Part shown: positions 40,501 to 53,300 of the stretch, piece by piece
Position numbering within the stretch: the first letter of the stretch is position 1
Layout: every line of letters begins with the position of its first letter
Assembly: GCA_964057225.1 (NCBI GenBank)
Contig: OZ059900.1
Location: 22,444,001 to 22,508,000 of the forward strand
DNA length: 64,000 bases
Reading direction: 5' to 3'
DNA from: Auanema rhodensis
Lineage: Eukaryota; Animalia; Nematoda
Made by a program: the position numbers and the translations under genes
Notes under the pieces: generated by a model
Told to the model about the DNA's origin: nothing
Seen by the model: the letters and a program-made list of their open reading frames with translations, nothing else
The model's database searches: none

Positions 40501-43351
40501 TACAAAAACACAGTATTTCCCATGAGAAATATTTTATTATGCTGGAAAACCAGTTTTTGGAAAGTTCGCTGTAAACAAGGTTTTGACTTACGATTTCATG
40601 TGTTCAAACTCATGCAATGTCAATGAAACCTAGCTCAAAATTGTTCCTACAACGTCTAATTCCACTTTCACGACAAAAAAACAGGGGTTAGAAAATTAAG
40701 GAAATTAGCACATTCTGAGGGCACGCCCCTTATGGCTAATATTGATTAAATCGATTTTTGTTCATATGAGTCGTCAAATGCAACGAATTTCAGCGTGTTA
40801 CATACTAAAATGAAGTATTTTACATGCTGAACACTAGAGAAATACAAAAACACAGTATTTCCCATAAGAAATATTTTATTATGCTGGAAAACCAGTTTTT
40901 GGAAATTTCGCTGTAAACAAGGTTTTGACTTACGATTTCATGTGTTCAAACTCATGCAATGTCAATGAAACCTAGCTCAAAATTGTTCGTACAACGTCTA
41001 GTTCCACTTTCACGACAAAAAAACAGGGGTTAGAAAATTAAGGAAATTAGCATATTCTGAGGGCACGCCCCTTATGGCTAATATTGATTAAATCGATTTT
41101 TGTTCATATGAGTAGTCAAATGCAACGAATTTCAGCGTGTTACATACTTAAATGAAGCATTTTACATGCTGAACACTAGAAAAATACAAAAACACAGTAT
41201 TTCCCATGAGAAATATTTTATTATGCTGGAAACCAGTTTTTGGAATTTTCGCTGTAAACAAGGTTTTGACTTACGATTTCATGTGTTCAAACTCATGCAA
41301 TGTCAATAAAACCTAGCTCAAAATTGTTCGTACAACGTCTAGTTCCACTTTCACGACAAAAAAACAGGGGTTAGAAAATTTAGGAAATTAGCATATTCTG
41401 AGGGCACGCCCCTTATGGCTAATATTGATTAAATCGATTTTTGTTCATATAAGTCGTCAAATGCAACGAATTTCAGCGTGTTACATACTAAAATGAAGTA
41501 TTTTACATGCTGAACACTAGAAAAATACAAAAACACAGTATTTCCCATGAGAAATATTTTATTATGCTGGAAAACCAGTTTTTGGAAATTTCGCTGTAAA
41601 CAAGGTTATGACTTACGATTTCATGTGTTCAAACTCATGCAATGTCAATGAAACCTAGCTCAAAATTGTTCGTACAACGTCTAGTTCCACTTTCACGACA
41701 AAAAAACAGGGGTTAGAAAATTTAGGAAATTAGCATATTCTGAGGGCACGCCCCTTATGGCTAATATTGATTAAATCGATTTTTGTTCATATGAGTCGTC
41801 AAATGCAACGAATTTTAGCGTGTTACATACTAAAATGAAGCATTTTACATGCTGAACACTAGAAAAATACAAAAACACAGTATTTCCCATGAGAAATATT
41901 TTATTATGCTGGAAAACCAGTTTTTGGAAATTTCGCTGTAAACAAGGTTTTGACTTACGATTTCATGTGTTCAAACTCATGCAATGTCAATGAAACCTAG
42001 CTCAAAATTGTTCGTACAACGTCTAGTTCCACTTTCACGACAAAAAAACAGGGGTTAGAAAATTAAGGAAATTAGCATATTCTGAGGGCACGCCCCTTAT
42101 GGCTAATATTGATTAAATCGATTTTTGTTCATATGAGTAGTCAAATGCAACGAATTTCAGCGTGTTACATACTTAAATGAAGCATTTTACATGCTGAACA
42201 CTAGAAAAATACAAAAACACAGTATTTCCCATGAGAAATATTTTATTATGCTGGAAACCAGTTTTTGGAATTTTCGCTGTAAACAAGGTTTTGACTTACG
42301 ATTTCATGTGTTCAAACTCATGCAATGTCAATAAAACCTAGCTCAAAATTGTTCGTACAACGTCTAGTTCCACTTTCACGACAAAAAAACAGGGGTTAGA
42401 AAATTTAGGAAATTAGCATATTCTGAGGGCACGCCCCTTATGGCTAATATTGATTAAATCGATTTTTGTTCATATAAGTCGTCAAATGCAACGAATTTCA
42501 GCGTGTTACATACTAAAATGAAGTATTTTACATGCTGAACACTAGAAAAATACAAAAACACAGTATTTCCCATGAGAAATATTTTATTATGCTGGAAAAC
42601 CAGTTTTTGGAAATTTCGCTGTAAACAAGGTTATGACTTACGATTTCATGTGTTCAAACTCATGCAATGTCAATGAAACCTAGCTCAAAATTGTTCGTAC
42701 AACGTCTAGTTCCACTTTCACGACAAAAAAACAGGGGTTAGAAAATTTAGGAAATTAGCATATTCTGAGGGCACGCCCCTTATGGCTAATATTGATTAAA
42801 TCGATTTTTGTTCATATGAGTCGTCAAATGCAACGAATTTCAGCGTGTTACATACTAAAATGAAGTATTTTACATGCTGAACACTAGAAAAATACAAAAA
42901 CACAGTATTTCCCATGAGAAATATTTTATTATGCTGGAAAACCAGTTTTTGGAAATTTCGCTGTAAACAAGGTTTTGACTTACGATTTCATGTGTTCAAA
43001 CTCATGCAATGTCAATGAAACCTAGCTCAAAATTGTTCCTACAACGTCTAGTTCCACTTTCACGACAAAAAACAGGGGTTAGAAAATTAAGGAAATTAGC
43101 ATATTCTGAGGGCACGCCCCTTATGGCTAATATTGATTAAATCGATTTTTGTTCATATGAGTCGTCAAATGCAACGAATTTCAGCGTGTTACATACTAAA
43201 ATGAACCATTTTACATGCTGAACACTAGAAAAATACAAAAACACAGTATTTCCCATGAGAAATATTTTATTATGCTGGAAAACCACTTTTTGGAAATTTC
43301 GCTGTAAACAAGGTTTTGACTTACGATTTCATGTGTTCAAACTCATGCAAT
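37543..43351 (+). repeat. Nested higher-order duplications: 7-mer at 37543-39934 partly repeated from 39935, and its last four monomers repeated at 41986-43351
   Basis: Markers ATGGAG, AGAGAA, GTAGT, AATAAA+ATAAGT+TTATGAC and GAACC recur in order. The AATAAA+ATAAGT+TTATGAC monomer occurs at 38910, 41302 and 42327. Confidence 0.85.
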
Positions 43352-46300
43352 GTCAATGAAACCTAGCTCAAAACTGTTCCTACAACGTCTAGTTCCACTT
43401 TCACGACAAAAAAACAGGGGTTAGAAAATTAAGGAAATTAGCATATTCTGAGGGCACGACCTTTATGGCTAATATTGATTAAATCGATTTTTGTTCATAT
43501 GAGTCGTCAAATGCAACGAATTTCAGCGTGTTACATACTAAAGTGAAGCATTTTACATGCTGAACACTATAAAAATACAAAAACACAGTATTTCCCATGA
43601 TAAATATTTTATTATGCTGGAAAACCAGTTTTTGGAAATTTCGCTGTAAACAAGGTTTTGACTTACGATTTCATGTGTTCAAACTCATGCAATGTCAATG
43701 AAACCTAGCTCAAAACTGTTCGTACAACGTCTAGTTCCACTTTCACGACAAAAAAACAGGGGTTAGAAAATTTAGGAAATTAGCATATTCTGAGGGCACG
43801 CCCCTTATGGCTAATATTGATTAAATCGATTTTTGTTCATATGAGTCGTCAAATGCAACGAATTTCAGCGTGTTACATACTAAAATGAAGTATTTTACAT
43901 GCTGAACACTAGAAAAATACAAAAACACAGTATTTCCCATAAGAAATATTTTATTATGCTGGAAAACCAGTTTTTGGAAATTTCGCTGTAAACAAGGTTT
44001 TGACTTACGATTTCATGTGTTCAAACTCATGCAATGTCAATGAAACCTAGCTCAAAATTGTTCGTACAACGTCTAGTTCCACTTTCACGACAAAAAAACA
44101 GGGGTTAGAAAATTAAGGAAATTAGCATATTCTGAGGGCACGCCCCTTATGGCTAATATTGATTAAATCGATTTTTGTTCATATGAGTCGTCAAATGCAA
44201 CGAATTTCAGCGTGTTACATACTGAAATGAAGCATTTTACATGCTGAACACTAGAAAAATACAAAAACACAGTTTTTCCCATGAGAAATATTTTATTATG
44301 CTGGAAAACCAGTTTTTGGAAATTTCGCTGTAAACAAGGTTTTGACTTACGATTTCATGTGTTCAAACTCATGCAATGTCAATGAAACCTAGCTCAAAAC
44401 TGTTCGTACAACGTCTAGTTCCACTTTCACGACAAAAAAACAGGGGTTAGAAAATTTAGGAAATTAGCACATTCTGAGGGCACGCCCCTTATGGCTAATA
44501 TTGATTAAATCGATTTTTGTTCATATGAGTCGTCAAATGCAACGAATTTCAGCGTGTTACATACTAAAATGAAGTATTTTACATGCTGAACACTAGAAAA
44601 ATACAAAAACACAGTATTTCCCATAAGAAATATTTTATTATGCTGGAAAACCAGTTTTTGGAAATTTCGCTGTAAACAAGGTTTTGACTTACGATTTCAT
44701 GTGTTCAAACTCATGCAATGTCAATGAAACCTTGCTCAAAATTGTTCCTACAACGTCTAGTTACACTTTCACGACAAAAAAACAGGGGTTAGAAAATTAA
44801 GGAAATTAGCATATTCTGAGGGCACGCCCCTTATGGCTAATATTGATTAAATCGATTTTTGTGCATATGAGTCGTCAAATGCAACGAATTTCAGCGTGTT
44901 ACATACTAAAATGAAGTATTTTACATGCTGAACACTAGAAAAATACAAAAACACAGTATTTCCCATGAGAAATATTTTATTATGCTGGAAAACCAGTTTT
45001 TGGAAATTTCGCTGTAAACAAGGTTTTGACTTACGATTTCATGTGTTCAAACTCATGCAATGTCAATGAAACCTAGCTCAAAATTGTTCGTACAACGTCT
45101 AGTTCCACTTTCACGACAAAAAAACAGGGGTTAGAAAATTAAGGAAATTAGCATATTCTGAGGGCACGCCCCTTATGGCTAATATTGATTAAATCGATTT
45201 TTGTTCATATGAGTCGTCAAATGCAACGAATTTCAGCGTGTTACACACTAAAATGAAGCATTTTACATGCTGAACACTAGAAAAATACAAAAACACAGTA
45301 TTTCCCATGAGAAATATTTTATTATACTGGAAACCAGTTTTTGGAATTTTCGCTGTAAACAAGGTTTTGACTTACGATTTCATGTGTTCAAACTCATGCA
45401 ATGTCAATGAAACCTAGCTCAAAATTGTTCCTACAACGTCTAGTTCCACTTTCACGACAAAAAAACAGGGGTTAGAAAATTTAGGAAATTAGCATATTCT
45501 GAGGGCACGCCCCTTATGGCTAATATTGATTAAATCGATTTTTGTTCATATGAGTCGTCAAATGCAACGAATTTCAGCGTGTTACATACTAAAATGAAGC
45601 ATTTTACATGCTGAACACTAGAAAAATACAAAAACACAGTTTTTCCCATGAGAAATATTTTATTATGCTGGAAAACCAGTTTTTGGAAATTTCGCTGTAA
45701 ACAAGGTTTTGACTTACGATTTCATGTGTTCAAACTCATGCAATGTCAATGAAACCTAGCTCAAAATTGTTCGTACAACGTCTAGTTCCACTTTCACGAC
45801 AAAAAAACAGGGGTTAGAAAATTTAGGAAATTAGCATATTCTGAGGGCACGCCCCTTATGGCTAATATTGATTAAATCGATTTTTGTTCATATGAGTCGT
45901 CAAATGCAACGAATTTCATCGTGTTACATACTAAAATGAAGTATTTTACATGCTGAACACTAGAAAAATACAAAAACACAGTATTTCCCATGAGAAATAT
46001 TTTATTATGCTGGAAAACCAGTTTTTGGAAGTTTCGCTGTAAACAAGGTTTTGACTTACGATTTCATGTGTTCAAACTCATGCAATGTCAATGAAACCTA
46101 GCTCAAAATTGTTCCTACAACGTCTAATTCCACTTTCACGACAAAAAAACAGGGGTTAGAAAATTAAGGAAATTAGCATATTCTGAGGGCACGCCCCTTA
46201 TGGCTAATATTGATTAAATCGATTTTTGTTCATATGAGTCGTCAAATGCAACGAATTTCAGCCTGTTACATACTAAAATGAATCATTTCACATGCTGAAC

Positions 46301-46428
46301 ACTAGAAAAATACAAAAACACAGTATTTCCCATGAGAAATATTTTATTATGCTGGAAAACCAGTTTTTGGAAAGTTCGCTGTAAACAAGGTTTTGACTTA
46401 CGATTTCATGTGTTCAAACTCATGCAAT

Positions 46429-49400
46429 GTCAATGAAACCTAGCTCAAAATTGTTCGTACAACGTCTAGTTCCACTTTCACGACAAAAAAACAGGGGTTA
46501 GAAAATTAAGGAAATTAGCATATTCTGAGGGCACGCCCCTTATGGCTAATATTGATTAAATCGATTTTTGTTCATATGAGTCGTCAAATGCAATTAATTT
46601 CAGCGTGTTACATACTAAAATGAAGCATTTTACATGCTGAACACTAAAAAAATACAAAAACACAGTATTTCCCATGAGAAATATTTTATTATGCTGGAAA
46701 ACGAGTTTTTGGAAATTTCGCTGTAAACAAGGTTTTGACTTACGATTTCATGTGTTCAAACTCATGCAATGTCAATGAAACCTAGCTCAAAATTGTTCCT
46801 ACAACGTCTAGTTCCACTTTCACGACAAAAAAACAGGGGTTAGAAAATTAAGGAAATTAGCATATTCTGAGGGCACGCCCCTTATGGCTAATATTGATTA
46901 AATCGATTTTTGTTCATATGAGTCGTCAAATGCAACGAATTTCAGCGTGTTACATACTAAAATGAAGCATTTTACATGCTGAACACTAGAAAAATACAAA
47001 AACACAGTATTTCCCATGAGAAATATTTTATTATGCTGGAAAACCAGTTTTTGGAAATTTCGCTGTAAACAAGGTTTTGACTTACGATTTCATGTGTTCA
47101 AACTCATGCAATGTCAATGAAACCTAGCTCAAAATTGTTCCTACAACGTCTAGTTCCACTTTCACGACAAAAAAACAGGGGTTAGAAAATTTAGGAAATT
47201 AGCATATTCTGAGGGCACGCCCCTTATGGCTAATATTGATTAAATCGATTTTTGTTCATATGAGTCGTCAAATGCAACGAATTTCAGCGTGTTACATACT
47301 AAAATGAAGTATTTTACATGCTGAACACTAGAAAAGTACAAAAACACAGTATTTCCCATAAGAAATATTTTATTATACTGGAAACCAGTTTTTGGAATTT
47401 TCGCTGTAAACAAGGTTTTGACTTACGATTTCATGTGTTCAAACTCATGCAATGTCAATGAAACCTAGCTCAAAATTGTTCGTACAACGTCTAGTTCCAC
47501 TTTCACGACAAAAAAACAGGGGTTAGAAAATTAAGGAAATTAGCATATTCTGAGGGCACGCCCCCCCTTATGGCTAATATTGATTAAATCGATTTTTGTT
47601 CATATGAGTCGTCAAATGCAATTAATTTCAGCGTGTTACATACTTAAATGAAGCATTTTACATGCTGAACACTAGAAAAATACAAAAACACAGTATTTCC
47701 CATAAGAAATATTTTATTATACTGGAAACCAGTTTTTGGAATTTTCGCTGTAAACAAGGTTTTGACTTACGATTTCATGTGTTCAAACTCATGCAATGTC
47801 AATGAAACCTAGCTCAAAACTGTTCGTACAACGTCTAGTTCCACTTTCACGACAAAAAAACAGGGGTTAGAAAATTTAGGAAATTAGCATATTCTGAGGG
47901 CACGCCCCTTATGGCTAATATTGATTAAATCGATTTTTGTTCATATGAGTCGTCAAATGCAACGAATTTCAGCGTGTTACATACTAAAATGAAGCATTTT
48001 ACATGCTGAACACTAGAAAAATACAAAAACACAGTTTTTCCCATGAGAAATATTTTATTATGCTGGAAAACCAGTTTTTGGAAGTTTCGCTGTAAACAAG
48101 GTTTTGACTTACGATTTCATGTGTTCAAACTCATGCAATGTCAATGAAACCTAGCTCAAAATTGTTCCTACAACGTCTAATTCCACTTTCACGACAAAAA
48201 AACAGGGGTTAGAAAATTAAGGAAATTAGCATATTCTGAGGGCACGCCCCTTATGGCTAATATTGATTAAATCGATTTTTGTTCATATGAGTCGTCAAAT
48301 GCAACGAATTTCAGCGTGTTACATACTAAAATGAAGCATTTTACATGCTGAACACTAGAAAAATACAAAAACACAGTTTTTCCCATGAGAAATATTTTAT
48401 TATGCTGGAAAACCAGTTTTTGGAAGTTTCGCTGTAAACAAGGTTTTGACTTACGATTTCATGTGTTCAAACTCATGCAATGTCAATGAAACCTAGCTCA
48501 AAATTGTTCCTACAACGTCTAATTCCACTTTCACGACAAAAAAACAGGGGTTAGAAAATTAAGGAAATTAGCATATTCTGAGGGCACGCCCCTTATGGCT
48601 AATATTGATTAAATCGATTTTTGTTCATATGAGTCGTCAAATGCAACGAATTTCAGCGTGTTACATACTAAAATGAAGCATTTTACATGCTGAACACTAT
48701 AAAAATACAAAAACACAGTATTTCCCATGAGAAATATTTTATTATGCTGGAAACCAGTTTTTGGAATTTTCGCTGTAAACAAGGTTTTGACTTACGATTT
48801 CATGTGTTCAAACTCATGCAATGAAAATGAAACCTAGCTCAAAATTGTTCCTACAACGTCTAGTTCCACTTTCACGACAACAAAACAGGGGTTAGAAAAT
48901 TAAGGAAATTAGCATATTCTGAGGGCACGCCCCTTATGGCTAATATTGATTAAATCGATTTTTGTTCATATGAGTCGTCAAATGCAACGAATTTCAGCCT
49001 GTTACATACTAAAATGAAGCATTTCACATGCTGAACACTAGAAAAATACAAAAACACAGTATTTCCCATGAGAAATATTTTATTATGCTGGAAAACCAGT
49101 TTTTGGAAAGTTCGCTGTAAACAAGGTTTTGACTTACGATTTCATGTGTTCAAACTCATGCAATGTCAATGAAACCTAGCTCAAAATTGTTCGTACAACG
49201 TCTAGTTCCACTTTCACGACAAAAAAACAGGGGTTAGAAAATTAAGGAAATTAGCATATTCTGAGGGCACGCCCCTTATGGCTAATATTGATTAAATCGA
49301 TTTTTGTTCATATGAGTCGTCAAATGCAATTAATTTCAGCGTGTTACATACTAAAATGAAGCATTTTACATGCTGAACACTAAAAAAATACAAAAACACA

Positions 49401-50303
49401 GTATTTCCCATGAGAAATATTTTATTATGCTGGAAAACGAGTTTTTGGAAATTTCGCTGTAAACAAGGTTTTGACTTACGATTTCATGTGTTCAAACTCA
49501 TGCAATGTCAATGAAACCTAGCTCAAAATTGTTCCTACAACGTCTAGTTCCACTTTCACGACAAAAAAACAGGGGTTAGAAAATTAAGGAAATTAGCATA
49601 TTCTGAGGGCACGCCCCTTATGGCTAATATTGATTAAATCGATTTTTGTTCATATGAGTCGTCAAATGCAACGAATTTCAGCGTGTTACATACTAAAATG
49701 AAGCATTTTACATGCTGAACACTAGAAAAATACAAAAACACAGTATTTCCCATGAGAAATATTTTATTATGCTGGAAAACCAGTTTTTGGAAATTTCGCT
49801 GTAAACAAGGTTTTGACTTACGATTTCATGTGTTCAAACTCATGCAATGTCAATGAAACCTAGCTCAAAATTGTTCCTACAACGTCTAGTTCCACTTTCA
49901 CGACAAAAAAACAGGGGTTAGAAAATTTAGGAAATTAGCATATTCTGAGGGCACGCCCCTTATGGCTAATATTGATTAAATCGATTTTTGTTCATATGAG
50001 TCGTCAAATGCAACGAATTTCAGCGTGTTACATACTAAAATGAAGTATTTTACATGCTGAACACTAGAAAAGTACAAAAACACAGTATTTCCCATAAGAA
50101 ATATTTTATTATACTGGAAACCAGTTTTTGGAATTTTCGCTGTAAACAAGGTTTTGACTTACGATTTCATGTGTTCAAACTCATGCAATGTCAATGAAAC
50201 CTAGCTCAAAATTGTTCGTACAACGTCTAGTTCCACTTTCACGACAAAAAAACAGGGGTTAGAAAATTAAGGAAATTAGCATATTCTGAGGGCACGCCCC
50301 CCC
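46429..50303 (+). repeat. Duplication at 8-monomer offset (2736 bp) tagged by a C4-to-C7 expansion
   Basis: CACG-CCCCCCC-TT occurs only at 47561-47567 and 50297-50303, and the three preceding monomers match in order. Confidence 0.85.
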
Positions 50304-53300
50304 TTATGGCTAATATTGATTAAATCGATTTTTGTTCATATGAGTCGTCAAATGCAACGAATTTCAGCGTGTTACATACTAAAATGAAGCATTTTACATG
50401 CTGAACACTAGAAAAATACAAAAACACAGTTTTTCCCATGAGAAATATTTTATTATGCTGGAAAACCAGTTTTTGGAAGTTTCGCTGTAAACAAGGTTTT
50501 GACTTACGATTTCATGTGTTCAAACTCATGCAATGTCAATGAAACCTAGCTCAAAATTGTTCCTACAACGTCTAATTCCACTTTCACGACAAAAAAACAG
50601 GGGTTAGAAAATTAAGGAAATTAGCATATTCTGAGGGCACGCCCCTTATGGCTAATATTGATTAAATCGATTTTTGTTCATATGAGTCGTCAAATGCAAC
50701 GAATTTCAGCGTGTTACATACTAAAATGAAGCATTTTACATGCTGAACACTATAAAAATACAAAAACACAGTATTTCCCATGAGAAATATTTTATTATGC
50801 TGGAAACCAGTTTTTGGAATTTTCGCTGTAAACAAGGTTTTGACTTACGATTTCATGTGTTCAAACTCATGCAATGTCAATAAAACCTAGCTCAAAATTG
50901 TTCGTACAACGTCTAGTTCCACTTTCACGACAAAAAAACAGGGGTTAGAAAATTTAGGAAATTAGCATATTCTGAGGGCACGCCCCTTATGGCTAATATT
51001 GATTAAATCGATTTTTGTTCATATGAGTCGTCAAATGCAACGAATTTCATCGTGTTACATACTTAAATGAAGTATTTTACATGCTGAACACTAGAAAAAT
51101 ACAAAAAACAGTATTTCCCATGAGAAATATTTTATTATGCTGGAAAACCAGTTTTTGGAAATTTCGCTGTAAACAAGGTTTTGACTTACGATTTCATGTG
51201 TTCAAACTCATGCAATGTCAATGAAACCTAGCTCAAAATTGTTCGTACAACGTCTAGTTCCACTTTCACGACAAAAAAACAGGGGTTAGAAAATTTAGGA
51301 AATTAGCATATTCTGAGGGCACGCCCCTTATGGCTAATATTGATTAAATCGATTTTTGTTCATATGAGTCGTCAAATGCAACGAATTTCATCGTGTTACA
51401 TACTAAAATGAAGTATTTTACATGCTGAACACTAGAAAAATACAAAAAACAGTATTTCCCATGAGAAATATTTTATTATGCTGGAAAACCAGTTTTTGGA
51501 AGTTTCGCTGTAAACAAGGTTTTGACTTACGATTTCATGTGTTCAAACTCATGCAATGTCAATGAAACCTAGCTCAAAATTGTTCCTACAACGTCTAATT
51601 CCACTTTCACGACAAAAAAACAGGGGTTAGAAAATTAAGGAAATTAGCATATTCTGAGGGCACGCCCCTTATGGCTAATATTGATTAAATCGATTTTTGT
51701 TCATATGAGTCGTCAAATGCAACGAATTTCAGCGTGTTACATACTAAAATGAAGCATTTTACATGCTGAACACTATAAAAATACAAAAACACAGTATTTC
51801 CCATGAGAAATATTTTATTATGCTGGAAACCAGTTTTTGGAATTTTCGCTGTAAACAAGGTTTTGACTTACGATTTCATGTGTTCAAACTCATGCAATGT
51901 CAATAAAACCTAGCTCAAAATTGTTCGTACAACGTCTAGTTCCACTTTCACGACAAAAAAACAGGGGTTAGAAAATTTAGGAAATTAGCATATTCTGAGG
52001 GCACGCCCCTTATGGCTAATATTGATTAAATCGATTTTTGTTCATATGAGTCGTCAAATGCAACGAATTTCATCGTGTTACATACTAAAATGAAGTATTT
52101 TACATGCTGAACACTAGAAAAATACAAAAAACAGTATTTCCCATGAGAAATATTTTATTATGCTGGAAAACCAGTTTTTGGAAGTTTCGCTGTAAACAAG
52201 GTTTTGACTTACGATTTCATGTGTTCAAACTCATGCAATGTCAATGAAACCTAGCTCAAAATTGTTCCTACAACGTCTAATTCCACTTTCACGACAAAAA
52301 AACAGGGGTTAGAAAATTAAGGAAATTAGCATATTCTGAGGGCACGCCCCTTATGGCTAATATTGATTAAATCGATTTTTGTTCATATGAGTCGTCAAAT
52401 GCAACGAATTTCAGCGTGTTACATACTAAAATGAAGCATTTTACATGCTGAACACTATAAAAATACAAAAACACAGTATTTCCCATGAGAAATATTTTAT
52501 TATGCTGGAAAACCAGTTTTTGGAAATTTCGCTGTAAACAAGGTTTTGACTTACGATTTCATGTGTTCAAACTCATGCAATGTCAATGAAACCTAGCTCA
52601 AAATTGTTCCTACAACGTCTAGTTCCACTTTCACGACAAAAAACAGGGGTTAGAAAATTAAGGAAATTAGCATATTCTGAGGGCACGCCCCTTATGGCTA
52701 ATATTGATTAAATCGATTTTTGTTCATATGAGTCGTCAAATGCAACGAATTTCAGCGTGTTACATACTAAAATGAAGCATTTTACATGCTGAACACTAGA
52801 AAAATACAAAAACACAGTATTTCCCATGAGAAATATTTTATTATGCTGGAAAACCAGTTTTTGGAAAGTTCGCTGTAAACAAGGTTTTGACTTACGATTT
52901 CATGTGTTCAAACTCATGCAATGTCAATGAAACCTAGCTCAAAATTGTTCGTACAACGTCTAGTTCCACTTTCACGACAAAAAAACAGGGGTTAGAAAAT
53001 TAAGGAAATTAGCATATTCTGAGGGCACGCCCCTTATGGCTAATATTGATTAAATCGATTTTTGTTCATATGAGTCGTCAAATGCAATTAATTTCAGCGT
53101 GTTACATACTAAAATGAAGCATTTTACATGCTGAACACTAAAAAAATACAAAAACACAGTATTTCCCATGAGAAATATTTTATTATGCTGGAAAACCAGT
53201 TTTTGGAAAGTTCGCTGTAAACAAGGTTTTGACTTACGATTTCATGTGTTCAAACTCATGCAATGTCAATGAAACCTAGCTCAAAATTGTTCGTACAACG

